A stretch of DNA of 33,887 bases from Oscillospiraceae bacterium (GTDB taxonomy: Bacteria; Bacillota; Clostridia; Oscillospirales; Ruminococcaceae). Shown here one piece after another: positions 1 to 8,157 of this stretch (position 1 is its first letter; every line of letters starts with the position of its first letter). The stretch lies in assembly GCA_017528675.1 (NCBI GenBank), contig JAFXOO010000142.1, positions 1 through 33,887 on the forward strand. Reading direction: 5' to 3'. A program made the position numbers and the translations under genes. The notes beneath the pieces were generated by a model. That model was not told the DNA's origin, made no database searches, and saw only the letters and a list, made by a program, of their open reading frames with translations.

Positions 1-106
1 GGGCCGAAGGCCCCGCAATATAGCCCCTCCCCCAATGGGGGAGGGGTTGGGGTGGGGGCGCTCACCGGTGCGCCAGCACCAGAAAAAGGACTTTATCGAC
101 AAGCTG
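1..106 (+). repeat. Interspersed GC-rich multi-hairpin element, copy A (5' part cut off by window start)
   Basis: Collinear with 19342-19448 and 33710-33820. Contains GGGCC-GAA-GGCCC hairpin (1-13), GCAATATA, 10-bp hairpin CCCCTCCCCC-AAT-GGGGGAGGGG (24-46), G-run block (37-58), GGTGC-GCCA-GCACC hairpin (67-80) and tail AGAAAAAGGACTTTATCGACAAGCTG (81-106). Confidence 0.85.
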
Positions 107-108
107 AG

Positions 109-128
109 GCGCCCCCGGCAGGGGGCGC
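109..128 (+). terminator. GC-rich hairpin GCGCCCCC-GGCA-GGGGGCGC immediately 3' of repeat copy A
   Basis: Perfect 8-bp stem with 4-nt loop, followed by TTGTCAT (weak U tract). It sits in the same position relative to the element tail as hairpin 19450-19478. Confidence 0.35.
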
Positions 129-197
129 TTGTCATAATCCCGCCGCCTCCCGCATAGAGATGAAGCAGGACTCAATACTGACCCGGAGGTAATCGCT

Positions 198-890
198 ATG
201 CAAGAAGGACTATCCGAGCTGTCAAAAAGATACAGCGATGAAATGCTCCGCCTCTATGGCGGCAGGCAGGATATGCAGAAGGAGGCATCCGGAATCTCTG
301 CGCCGGAGCCTCCGACCCCCGACCCGGAGCCGCCGACCCCCGACTCAGAGCCGCCGATCCCCGACCCGGAGCCGCCGATCCCCGGCCCGGAGCCGGAGGA
401 TTACGCCGATCCTGTCCTCCCCGAATACATCCGCCCGGAGCCTCCGCAGCTCCCGGAGGAGTGGGCGGCACAGTCTGCCTATGAGAAAGCCAACACTGCT
501 GAGGGGCGGCTGCGGGTCGTGGCTGCTGCGGCAGACAGCGCCTTCCCGGTACCAGGAGCAAGGGTGCTCATCTACACCCGCATCGGGGAGAAGCGCTATC
601 TCAACTACCTGCTTACAACCGATGCAAACGGCGAAACACCGACAGTCGTGCTTCCTGCACCGCCTGCGGATCTGAGCCAGGTGCCGGAGAATCTTACACC
701 CTATGCCGTCTGCGAAATTGAGATCTCCGCCAGAGGCTTTTTCCCGACGCAATCCCTCGATGTCCATGTTTTCGCCGGTGTGACGACCCGCCAGGAATTC
801 CAGCTCGTCCCTCTGCCGCTGAACATGACGCCGGAGGATGTCATGGAACTCAGCCCCGAAGGCCGTTCTGTGGATGAGGAGGTGGACTGA
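198..890 (+). CDS. Hypothetical proline-rich protein with a C-terminal region resembling carboxypeptidase-regulatory-like beta-sandwich domains
   Basis: ATG 198 preceded by GGAGGT (185-190); 230 aa. PEPPTPD-type heptad repeats are followed by RLRVVAA..ARVLIYT..TDANGETP. The stop overlaps the next start (TGATG 888-892), suggesting translational coupling. The domain call is from motif resemblance only. Confidence 0.6.
   Translation: MQEGLSELSKRYSDEMLRLYGGRQDMQKEASGISAPEPPTPDPEPPTPDSEPPIPDPEPPIPGPEPEDYADPVLPEYIRPEPPQLPEEWAAQSAYEKANTAEGRLRVVAAAADSAFPVPGARVLIYTRIGEKRYLNYLLTTDANGETPTVVLPAPPADLSQVPENLTPYAVCEIEISARGFFPTQSLDVHVFAGVTTRQEFQLVPLPLNMTPEDVMELSPEGRSVDEEVD
303..395 (+). repeat. 21-bp in-frame tandem repeat (about 4.3 copies) encoding PEPPTPD/SEPPIPD/PEPPIPG
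   Basis: CCGGAGCCNCCGAYCCCCGAC units at 303, 324, 345 and 366, with a partial unit at 387. Confidence 0.85.
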
Positions 891-2287
891 TGCTGACCGG
901 TGAGCCGTTTGTGCCGCTGAATATCACTGTGCATCTTGGTGCGCCGGATGAAGCGGCATCCGATGTCATTGTGCCGTTCCCGGAGTACATCAAGAATGTG
1001 GTTTCCAGCGAGATCTATCCGACCTGGCCGGATGCCGCCATCCGTGCGAATGTCTATGCGATTGTGAGCTTTGCCCTGAACCGTATCTACACCGAATGGT
1101 ACCGCTCCCGTGGCTATCCCTTCGACATCACCGCTGTGACGCAGTACGACCAGAAGTACATTGAAGGCCGCCAGATCTACGACAACATCGCCGTCATCGT
1201 GGATGAGCTGTTTGATGATTATATCCGCCGCCAGGGGCGTGTGGAGCCCTTGTTTGCGGCATTCTGCAACGGAACAACCGTGACCTGCAACGGCCTGTCA
1301 CAATGGGGGACGGTGGATCTTGCCAACCAGGGGCTTGTGCCGTATGAGATTTTGCAGTATTACTACGGGGAGGATATCGAGATCGTGAGAGATACGCCCG
1401 TCCGGACCAATACCATGTCCTATCCCGGCGAACTGCTCGGTGCAGGCTCTGCCGGTGCTGCTGTACAGACACTACAGATTCAGCTCAACCGCATTTCCCG
1501 GAATTATCCGGCTATCCCGAAGATACCGAATGCCTCCGGGCAGTATGATGCCGCCACAGAGGATGCCGTGCGCACGTTCCAGCAGGTCTTTGATCTGCCG
1601 GTGACCGGTACGGTGAACAAGGCAACATGGTACCGGATTGCCTACATCTACACCAGTGTAAAACGCCTTGCCGAGCTCGATTCCGAGGGCGTTTTCCGTG
1701 AAGAATTCCCGCTTCAGTTCAAGCAGGAGCTCAGACCTGACATGCAGAGCGAGCAGGTGCGTGGGCTGCAATACTTTCTGGCAGTGGTGGGGGCGTATTA
1801 TGAATCTGTCCGTCCCATCCGTATCACAGGCGTGTACGATGACCAGACCGAAGCCTCCGTCCGGAGCTTCCAGCGTGTCTATGGCCTGCCGGAGACAGGT
1901 ATTGTGGACGAGGCAACCTGGAATGACCTGTACCGTGCCTATGCAGGCATTGCGGCATCCATCCCGAAGGAGGATGCAGAGTGGATCCCGGCACTCTATC
2001 CCGGTACGGTGCTACAGGAGGGCGTGACGAGCGAGGATGTGCGGATTCTGCAAACCTACCTGACCTATATCCACAACACCGTGCCGGAAATACCGGCGGT
2101 GCGGACAACGGGGTATTTCGGCCCGCTGACCAAGGCATCCGTCATTGCCTTCCAGCGCTATGCAGGGCTGAACCAGAATGGTGTTGTCGGCGCTGTGACC
2201 TGGGACGCCATCGCCGGGCTCTATTCCGATCTGCGTTTCGGTTACGAAAAACGCCCCTACCAGTCGCCAGGGTATACCATCCGATAG
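890..2287 (+). CDS. Peptidoglycan-binding protein: SleC-like (cortex-lytic-enzyme-like) N-terminal domain plus three PG_binding_1 repeats
   Basis: The N-terminus (FVPLNITVHLGAPDEAASDVIVPFPEYIKNVVSSEIYPTWPDAAIRANVYAIVSFALNRIYTEWYRSRGYPFDIT) matches my recollection of the mature SleC-type domain. Three G..V..LQ..L....P...G.YD..T..AVR.FQ...GL..TG.V...TW repeats follow. Confidence 0.8.
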   Translation: MLTGEPFVPLNITVHLGAPDEAASDVIVPFPEYIKNVVSSEIYPTWPDAAIRANVYAIVSFALNRIYTEWYRSRGYPFDITAVTQYDQKYIEGRQIYDNIAVIVDELFDDYIRRQGRVEPLFAAFCNGTTVTCNGLSQWGTVDLANQGLVPYEILQYYYGEDIEIVRDTPVRTNTMSYPGELLGAGSAGAAVQTLQIQLNRISRNYPAIPKIPNASGQYDAATEDAVRTFQQVFDLPVTGTVNKATWYRIAYIYTSVKRLAELDSEGVFREEFPLQFKQELRPDMQSEQVRGLQYFLAVVGAYYESVRPIRITGVYDDQTEASVRSFQRVYGLPETGIVDEATWNDLYRAYAGIAASIPKEDAEWIPALYPGTVLQEGVTSEDVRILQTYLTYIHNTVPEIPAVRTTGYFGPLTKASVIAFQRYAGLNQNGVVGAVTWDAIAGLYSDLRFGYEKRPYQSPGYTIR

Positions 2288-2341
2288 CACAACCCCTGCC
2301 CCCTCCCGCCGGAGAGGGAAATTCCAGAACAGGAGGCCATC

Positions 2342-2851
2342 ATGTACAGTCCAGAACAAGAAAAGGCGCATATCTATGAGCTCCAGCAGATGCTTTACGG
2401 CATATCCCTTCGCAACCCGGCGGTTCCCGGTGTCATTCCGGACGGCATCTACGGCGAGGAGACTGCCGCCGCTGTGCGGGCGTTTCAGCAATACTACGGC
2501 CTGCGGGTGACAGGTGAGGCAAACGGTGCCACCTGGGAGAAGATTGCTGCGGTCTATCGGGCGATGCAGGATATGTCCCCGGCACCGCTGGATGCCTTCC
2601 CGCAAAAGCCGGGTACAGTGCTCCAGGAGGGAGCACACGGCTTCCCGGTCATGGTTTCGCAGGCGGTTCTGCTGGCGCTTTCGGAGCAGTTCGAGAACAT
2701 TCCGCCGTGTGCAGTGACCGGCGATCTCGATGCGGATACCGTGCGGGCGCTACAGCCATTCCAGAAGCTTTGCAGCCTGCCCGTCACCGGAAAGCTTGAC
2801 TGTGCCACATGGAATATGCTTGCGCAGGCGGGGGATGCCCTGCGGACATAG
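2342..2851 (+). CDS. Peptidoglycan-binding domain protein (two PG_binding_1-like repeats)
   Basis: 169 aa. Repeats are IPDGIYGEETAAAVRAFQQYYGLRVTGEANGATW and VTGDLDADTVRALQPFQKLCSLPVTGKLDCATW. RBS-like AGGAGG lies upstream of ATG 2342. Confidence 0.8.
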   Translation: MYSPEQEKAHIYELQQMLYGISLRNPAVPGVIPDGIYGEETAAAVRAFQQYYGLRVTGEANGATWEKIAAVYRAMQDMSPAPLDAFPQKPGTVLQEGAHGFPVMVSQAVLLALSEQFENIPPCAVTGDLDADTVRALQPFQKLCSLPVTGKLDCATWNMLAQAGDALRT

Positions 2852-2856
2852 AAAAG

Positions 2857-2877
2857 CCCCTCCCCGATGGGGAGGGG
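2857..2877. terminator. Hairpin CCCCTCCCC-GAT-GGGGAGGGG between convergent genes
   Basis: Perfect 9-bp stem between stop 2849-2851 (+) and stop 2887-2889 (-). The same 21 nt form hairpin H3 of the interspersed element at 19367-19387. Confidence 0.55.
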
Positions 2878-2886
2878 GGTCTGCTG

Positions 2887-4326
2887 TCATAGAAATTCCT
2901 TCAACTGCTCCTTCACCTCGCTGTACTGCATGCCGATAAGTGTGCAGTGCCGGGGAGATTCGGAGCGGAAATAGAGCAGTACATGGCATTTTCCTGTGAG
3001 ATGATGCCAGAAATGCCGGTGAATCCGCACCTTGACAATGCGGTTGACATCGCAGATGATCGTGTGGAAGGTCAGCCCTTTGCAGTACCGGATGCAGGCG
3101 TGGTTCCTGGAAATGGAAATACCCGTGGTTGTGAAGGCAATGAACTGCACGATTGTCTTCCAGATGATCGGAATTTCGATCATGATGATGAAATACCGGA
3201 TCACATCATCAAATGCCGGAAACAGCCGCAGCAGCACAGAGGATGCCGGGATGACGGCAGCCGCTGTCAGGAACGGGATGCAGATATACCCCCACCAGGA
3301 ATGCCACGGCGGCCGCAGCTTGTTTCTGGAAAGCCGGCTGCCGGGGAAGATCATCGGCATCGTTTCCTCCAGCTCACGCCGGGTGAGAATGGGCATGCAG
3401 ATCGGGATAGCCCCCTGCATGCTGCCGTAGCCGGGGCAGTTGACTGCCAGCGAAAAGATGCGGCAGAGCTTGGTCAGGACATTCTGCCGGATGTCGATGT
3501 AATTGACCTTGCGGCCGCTGAGATAAAAATGCCGCCGTGTCACAAGACCGCTGTTCACAGCGATCATGCGCTTGTCGCTCTCCATTCTGAATCCGCCGTA
3601 GCGGATGAGATTGGCAAGAAAAGAAAGCAGCCAGGTGGACAGGATGAGGATGCCCAGCGCCACCGCTGCCGGCGGAATCCCCATGAGCCGCCCCGCCAGT
3701 GTCGCAGAGATGCTGTTGAGCCGTTCCGTCACCTGGAATTCATGCAGAAGATCCCGTGCAATACGGCCGCCCTGGAACCAGAAAACAGCCAGGTACAGTG
3801 CTCCGGAAAAGCTGGAGGAGAAGATCATCGAAAACAGCAGCGTCCGCCAGATGCCGACCCTGTCGGAAAAGTGGTGCCGCTTGCCCTGCCGGAGCCGTGG
3901 AATGGCAGAGAGAAACAGCTTTTCATCCCGCCGCCGGATAAGCAGCTTGATGTCCGTGGCCTCCAGAAGGCCGCCCGCTGCATCGGCGTAGAGGTACTCT
4001 CCGCCGAACGGCCGCAGCCAGACCGGCTGCTCCACGGCCATGACGGAGAGATTCCGGATGGGCAGGAAGCGCTGCCGGGTGAACAGAATCCCGTCCCGGA
4101 CATAGAGCTGCTCCTTCACGATGCCGAACTCCCGGAAGTACCAGTTCAGAAAGCCATAGCCAAAAATGGCAAGCAGAATCAGAAGCTCAAACCAGGTACC
4201 CCGCAGCCATGCTTCGATATCCTCACGGGAAGCGAAGTGATAGGCGCCCCGCACGATCGGAAAGATCAGCAGCCACAGGTTTTTCATGCTGTAGCGCAGG
4301 ATGCGCAGCGGATGTTCACGGCGCAT
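2887..4326 (-). CDS. YdbT-like membrane protein with repeated bacterial PH (bPH_2/DUF304) domains
   Basis: TM pairs alternate with soluble ~80-aa modules three times. I place the start at ATG 4326 (MRREHPLRILRY), preceded by a GGGGG RBS, which trims the ORF-track start 4374. It overlaps the upstream ydbS-like stop by 11 nt, as in the B. subtilis ydbS-ydbT pair. Confidence 0.75.
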   Translation of the reverse strand: MRREHPLRILRYSMKNLWLLIFPIVRGAYHFASREDIEAWLRGTWFELLILLAIFGYGFLNWYFREFGIVKEQLYVRDGILFTRQRFLPIRNLSVMAVEQPVWLRPFGGEYLYADAAGGLLEATDIKLLIRRRDEKLFLSAIPRLRQGKRHHFSDRVGIWRTLLFSMIFSSSFSGALYLAVFWFQGGRIARDLLHEFQVTERLNSISATLAGRLMGIPPAAVALGILILSTWLLSFLANLIRYGGFRMESDKRMIAVNSGLVTRRHFYLSGRKVNYIDIRQNVLTKLCRIFSLAVNCPGYGSMQGAIPICMPILTRRELEETMPMIFPGSRLSRNKLRPPWHSWWGYICIPFLTAAAVIPASSVLLRLFPAFDDVIRYFIIMIEIPIIWKTIVQFIAFTTTGISISRNHACIRYCKGLTFHTIICDVNRIVKVRIHRHFWHHLTGKCHVLLYFRSESPRHCTLIGMQYSEVKEQLKEFL

Positions 4327-4762
4327 GGAATACCCCCTTTTGCTGGAGGAGTGCTGCAAAGGACACACGGTCATCCCGGTTCAGGAAAGGTACCGTAAGA
4401 TGTCCGCCGTACATGTGCAGTACCACAAAATTGAGCCCGAAAGCGCCGTCAAACGGTCCGGAGAGAATCTGTACGAACTGCACACGTTCAAACCGCACGG
4501 ACTGTGCCCGCCGGAACAGAATGCCGGCAGTGACGGTGATGCCTGAGGAGGTGACTGTGCAGCTCAGCATGCGGAAGTACAGCGGCAGGATGCAGAAGGC
4601 AGGGATCGCAGCAATCACGCATACCACGATGATGACGCCCCACATGACATTCGGCCAGCGGTCAAGCACAGCGCCCGCAAGGGCAATCAGCCCTGATGCC
4701 GCCAGACAGACAGACAGCATGATTGTCCACAATGCAGACTGATCGGCATGATAATCCTTCAT
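4316..4762 (-). CDS. YdbS-like small membrane protein with a single bPH_2 domain
   Basis: 148 aa: two TM helices followed by ITVTAGILFRRAQSVRFERVQFVQILSGPFDGAFGLNFVVLHMYGG, typical of bPH_2. Operonic with the YdbT-like gene. Confidence 0.75.
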   Translation of the reverse strand: MKDYHADQSALWTIMLSVCLAASGLIALAGAVLDRWPNVMWGVIIVVCVIAAIPAFCILPLYFRMLSCTVTSSGITVTAGILFRRAQSVRFERVQFVQILSGPFDGAFGLNFVVLHMYGGHLTVPFLNRDDRVSFAALLQQKGVFHAP

Positions 4763-4859
4763 CTGCGCCCCTCCTTCCCGGCAGAATCATTCTGATTCTA
4801 TTATAGCATACGGAGAGGGCGAATGCAAGGGAATCCGATAGAAAAGAGGGAATACACCG

Positions 4860-6194
4860 ATGCATTTTCTTTCGACGGTGAGCAGCCTGCTCTGGGGCAG
4901 CGGTCTGGTCGGACTGCTGCTCGGAACAGGTGCCTGGTGCCTGATGCGGGACAGATGTGCACCGCTGCGCAGTCTGCGATGGCTGCTTGTCCGCCGTGGA
5001 GGCAGCGGCAGCCGTGCGCATACGCCGTTTCAGGCGTGTATGACTTCGCTTGCGGCGGCAATGGGCACGGGTAATATTGCCGGTGTTGCCACAGCGCTCA
5101 CGCTCGGCGGCGCCGGAGCGGTATTCTGGATGTGGATGGCGGCACTGCTTGGGATGGGACTGATCTATGCGGAAAACGTCCTCGGCTGTCACTATCGCCG
5201 GGACGGCACAGCAGGTGCGGCAGCCTATCTGCGCTACGGCCTGCAAAGTCCCCGGCTTGCGGGAGCCTTTGCCGTATGCTGCGTTGCAGCCTCCTTCGGC
5301 ATGGGAAACATGACCCAGAGCCACGCTATGGCGCAGACCTTGCAGGCAGCATGGCGCATACCGCCGCTCCTCACGGGTCTGACTGCCGCTGCTGTGACGG
5401 CCCTTGTCATTCTCGGCGGTGCAAAGCGCATCGGACGATTTGCGGCAGCCGCTGTTCCGCTTGTGAGCGTGATCTATCTTGCGGCGGCAGGGGCAGTGCT
5501 GCTCCGCTGCCGTGCACAGCTCCCGGATGCGTTCGCAGCCATCTTCCGGGGCGCATTCGGCGTGGATGCCCTGACCGGCGGTATTTCCGGCGCAGCCGTG
5601 CAGCGTGCGGTGACAGCCGGCGTGCAGCGGGGCGTGTTCTCGAACGAAGCGGGCCTCGGCAGCAGCGGACTGCTGCACGGCGAGGCAGACGGCGATGAAC
5701 CGGCATTTCTCGGCGCATGCGGGATACTGGAGGTCTTTGCGGACACATTTGTGTGCTGCACGGCAACGGCACTGGCAGTTCTGTGCAGCGGCGCATCCGG
5801 TGCAGACGGTGCCGCACTTGTCCTGGAGGCATTCCGCAGGGGGATCGGGTCTGCGGCAGACTATCTGCTGCCGCCGGTCATAGCGGTATTTGCACTCTGC
5901 ACGCTGGTGGGCTGGAGCTATTGCGGCAGCAGCGCTTTGCAAAGTCTGACCGGCGGGCGGTTCCTGACGGCATACAGGATCGTGTTCTGCGCTGCGGTGC
6001 TGCTGGGGGCTGAACTGCGGCTGGAAGCCGTCTGGATGGCGGCAGACATCGCCAACGCCTGCATGGCATACTGCAACCTGCCGGGAATTCTGCTGCTCTA
6101 TCCGCTGCATAATACGCCGCAGACTGCCTATACTTCTTCAAAAGAAGGAAAGGCGGTTTCCCCATGCAAGCAATCCTGTTCTGTGACAAAATGA
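4860..6194 (+). CDS. Alanine/glycine:cation symporter (AGCS family)
   Basis: 444 aa polytopic protein with the conserved AAAMGTGNIAGVATAL..GGAGAVFWMW block characteristic of sodium:alanine symporters. Confidence 0.85.
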   Translation: MHFLSTVSSLLWGSGLVGLLLGTGAWCLMRDRCAPLRSLRWLLVRRGGSGSRAHTPFQACMTSLAAAMGTGNIAGVATALTLGGAGAVFWMWMAALLGMGLIYAENVLGCHYRRDGTAGAAAYLRYGLQSPRLAGAFAVCCVAASFGMGNMTQSHAMAQTLQAAWRIPPLLTGLTAAAVTALVILGGAKRIGRFAAAAVPLVSVIYLAAAGAVLLRCRAQLPDAFAAIFRGAFGVDALTGGISGAAVQRAVTAGVQRGVFSNEAGLGSSGLLHGEADGDEPAFLGACGILEVFADTFVCCTATALAVLCSGASGADGAALVLEAFRRGIGSAADYLLPPVIAVFALCTLVGWSYCGSSALQSLTGGRFLTAYRIVFCAAVLLGAELRLEAVWMAADIANACMAYCNLPGILLLYPLHNTPQTAYTSSKEGKAVSPCKQSCSVTK

Positions 6195-8020
6195 CTGAAT
6201 GTATCCCTCTTACAGACTGTCCCGAGGCGCTGCTGCCGATCTGCAATGTGCCGCTTCTGGCGAGACTCCTGCGGTATCTGGAGCGCAGCGGATTTGAGGC
6301 AGCGGTGCTTCTTGCGGCAGACAGCCGCATCCGCCGCATGCTCGACAGCCTCCCGCTGCAAATGCCGGTGCGGCTTGCACGTTCCCTGACGGCAGTCCGT
6401 TCCGATACGCCGTCGCTGCTTCTGCGCAGGCTTTGTGTGCCGGAATGGGAGATGGGCGAGCTGTACGCACTCTGCGGCAGGGAGCCGGTGCGGCTGTTCA
6501 CCCCGGACGGGAGCTTTGCCGGAGCGGAGCTGCATCCGGCAGGCTCGGCGTTTCTGGAGCCGGAGGCATCTGTGGTGCCGCAGCATGCCCGCTTCTGGCG
6601 TGCGGACAACCCCGGAGGCTACCGGGCGCTTCAGCAGCATCTCCTCGGAACCGGTACGGAACGGCGCATTGCCGAGGGCGTCCGCATCGGCAAGGATGCC
6701 GTGATCGACAGCCGGACTGTCATTGGCGCAGACTGCGTGATCGGCGCAGGTGCGCAGATTTCCGGCTGCATCCTCGGTGACGGTGTACAGATCGGCGCCG
6801 GCGCTGTGATCGAGGACTGTGTCATCTGTCACCGTGCGCTTGTGGACAGGGACACGGTGCTGCAAAATACCGCCGTCCCCGAAGGCGTGGTCTGTTCGGC
6901 ACATGCCCGGCACCGCCGTATGCTGCGGCTGGAACCGGAGGACGGCATCTGCTGGCAGGATCCGAAGTGGAATACCCCCGCTGCGGCACTCCGGGCGGGT
7001 GCAGCAATGACTGTGCTGGACGGTGCCCTTGCGGTCGGCTGCACGGACAAAGCGGGCGAGAGTCTTGCAATGGCAGCGGCAGCCGGGGCGGTTTCGCAGG
7101 GCGCAAGGGTCTGGTTTGCCGGGTGCTGCACCCTGTCGCAACTGCTGTGTATCGGCAGAATGACAGGCTGCGGGGCGTTTCTCTGCGCATCCGGCAGCGG
7201 GATGATCCGGCTGCTGCCCTTCGGCAGGGACGGCGCACCGCTGACAACAGCCCAGGCAGAGCGCCTCCAGCAGGCGCTTGATGCGGAGCTTTCCGAACGC
7301 ATTGTGGACGAGGGCGTGCTTTCCGATGCTTCCGGGCTTCTTCCGCTGTGGGAGGAGCAATGCCGTGCGCTGGTGCCGGCACAGCATCCGGAAATAACCG
7401 TGAGCTGCGGAGAACCGCTGCTCCGGCAGGCGGCAGACCGGATTTTTGCCGGGGGAACAGGCGGACAGATCACGCTGGCACTGACTGCCGACGGCACCGG
7501 TGCCGGCGCTTTCACACCGGAAACAGGCATGCTCACCAGAGAGCAGCTTCTTCTGATAGCAGCACTTTCCGTGGCGGAACAGGGAGAACCATGCATCCTG
7601 CCGGCGGATTTTCACCCGGCAGCAGAGCAGTTTGCCATGCAGGAGGGCATCCGCATCCTGCGGCAGTATACGTCGTCGATCACAGCCGCTGTGCTTTCCG
7701 CCCGGCAGGGAATCCTGACGGACGGCGTGCGGCTGTTTGCGCATGTGCTGCGGGCGCTTGCTGCCCGGAAGCTGACACTTGCCCAGGCGGCAGCGCTCCT
7801 CCCGGAGATGCACACTGTCCGCCGCACGGCCGTCACATCGCTCACCCGCCAGCAGGTGCGGGCACTGCGCCGTTATGCCGGCCCGCAGATGCGGGTCACA
7901 CTCCCGCCGCACAGCCGCCTTGTCAGGATTCAGGCACATGCCGATTCGATGGAAGCCGCTGCGGAGCTCTGCGCCGGATGGGAACAGCACCTCCGGGAGG
8001 CGGAACGGTCAGGCCAATGA
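6164..8020 (+). CDS. Nucleotidyltransferase-fold / left-handed beta-helix / phosphohexomutase-like fusion protein, apparently catalytically degenerate
   Basis: N-terminus aligns to sugar-1-P nucleotidyltransferases (..PLTD..PEALLPICNVPLL), but G-G-x-G-T-R is replaced by CDKMTE. Hexapeptide repeats follow (IGKDAVIDSRTVIGADCVIGAGAQISGCILGDGVQIGAGAVIEDCVI). The C-terminal half is PGM/PMM-like, with CASGSGM where TASHNP is expected. Confidence 0.65.
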   Translation: MQAILFCDKMTECIPLTDCPEALLPICNVPLLARLLRYLERSGFEAAVLLAADSRIRRMLDSLPLQMPVRLARSLTAVRSDTPSLLLRRLCVPEWEMGELYALCGREPVRLFTPDGSFAGAELHPAGSAFLEPEASVVPQHARFWRADNPGGYRALQQHLLGTGTERRIAEGVRIGKDAVIDSRTVIGADCVIGAGAQISGCILGDGVQIGAGAVIEDCVICHRALVDRDTVLQNTAVPEGVVCSAHARHRRMLRLEPEDGICWQDPKWNTPAAALRAGAAMTVLDGALAVGCTDKAGESLAMAAAAGAVSQGARVWFAGCCTLSQLLCIGRMTGCGAFLCASGSGMIRLLPFGRDGAPLTTAQAERLQQALDAELSERIVDEGVLSDASGLLPLWEEQCRALVPAQHPEITVSCGEPLLRQAADRIFAGGTGGQITLALTADGTGAGAFTPETGMLTREQLLLIAALSVAEQGEPCILPADFHPAAEQFAMQEGIRILRQYTSSITAAVLSARQGILTDGVRLFAHVLRALAARKLTLAQAAALLPEMHTVRRTAVTSLTRQQVRALRRYAGPQMRVTLPPHSRLVRIQAHADSMEAAAELCAGWEQHLREAERSGQ

Positions 8021-8122
8021 GACACAGCCGGCCGCTCATGGTGACGGTTCATGCAATGCTGAGCGGAACAATGCGCAATTTTAGCCAAATTGCCAAATCT
8101 GCAAGCCTGTTTCCGGAAGTGC

Positions 8123-8151
8123 TTGACAAATCAAGGCAATTCAGATATAAT
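8123..8151 (+). promoter_or_regulatory. Consensus sigma-70/SigA promoter (TTGACA-17-TATAAT)
   Basis: TTGACA 8123-8128, 17-nt spacer, TATAAT 8146-8151. It is the only perfect consensus promoter I found in the window. Confidence 0.7.
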
Positions 8152-8157
8152 AATAGT

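Noticed and set aside
4800-4859. Possible glycine riboswitch upstream of the alanine/glycine symporter (GGAGAG at about 4812)
   Set aside because: Only the GGAGAG hexamer and an ACCGA are present. The conserved ACCGAAGGGGCAA-type core and the second aptamer are missing, and the region is under 100 nt and runs into the start codon.
4662-6110. Long antisense or alternative-frame ORFs of 140-640 aa. Examples: 2947-4398 +, 4662-6110 -, 6128-7990 -, 10605-12239 -, 12973-14067 -, 15143-16504 -, 16701-18623 -, 19516-21066 -, 21182-22387 -, 24570-25649 +, 25732-26589 -, 28414-29625 -
   Set aside because: Each lies opposite or out of frame to an ORF with clear conserved-family motifs. Their translations are Arg/Ala/Pro/Cys-rich low-complexity strings typical of stop-codon-poor GC-rich DNA, and none has an RBS-supported start.
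8075-8093. 7-bp inverted repeat GCAATTT-TAGCC-AAATTGC about 40 nt upstream of the rnj promoter -35
   Set aside because: Short and AT-rich with no second site. It could be an operator, but that is not supportable from one occurrence.
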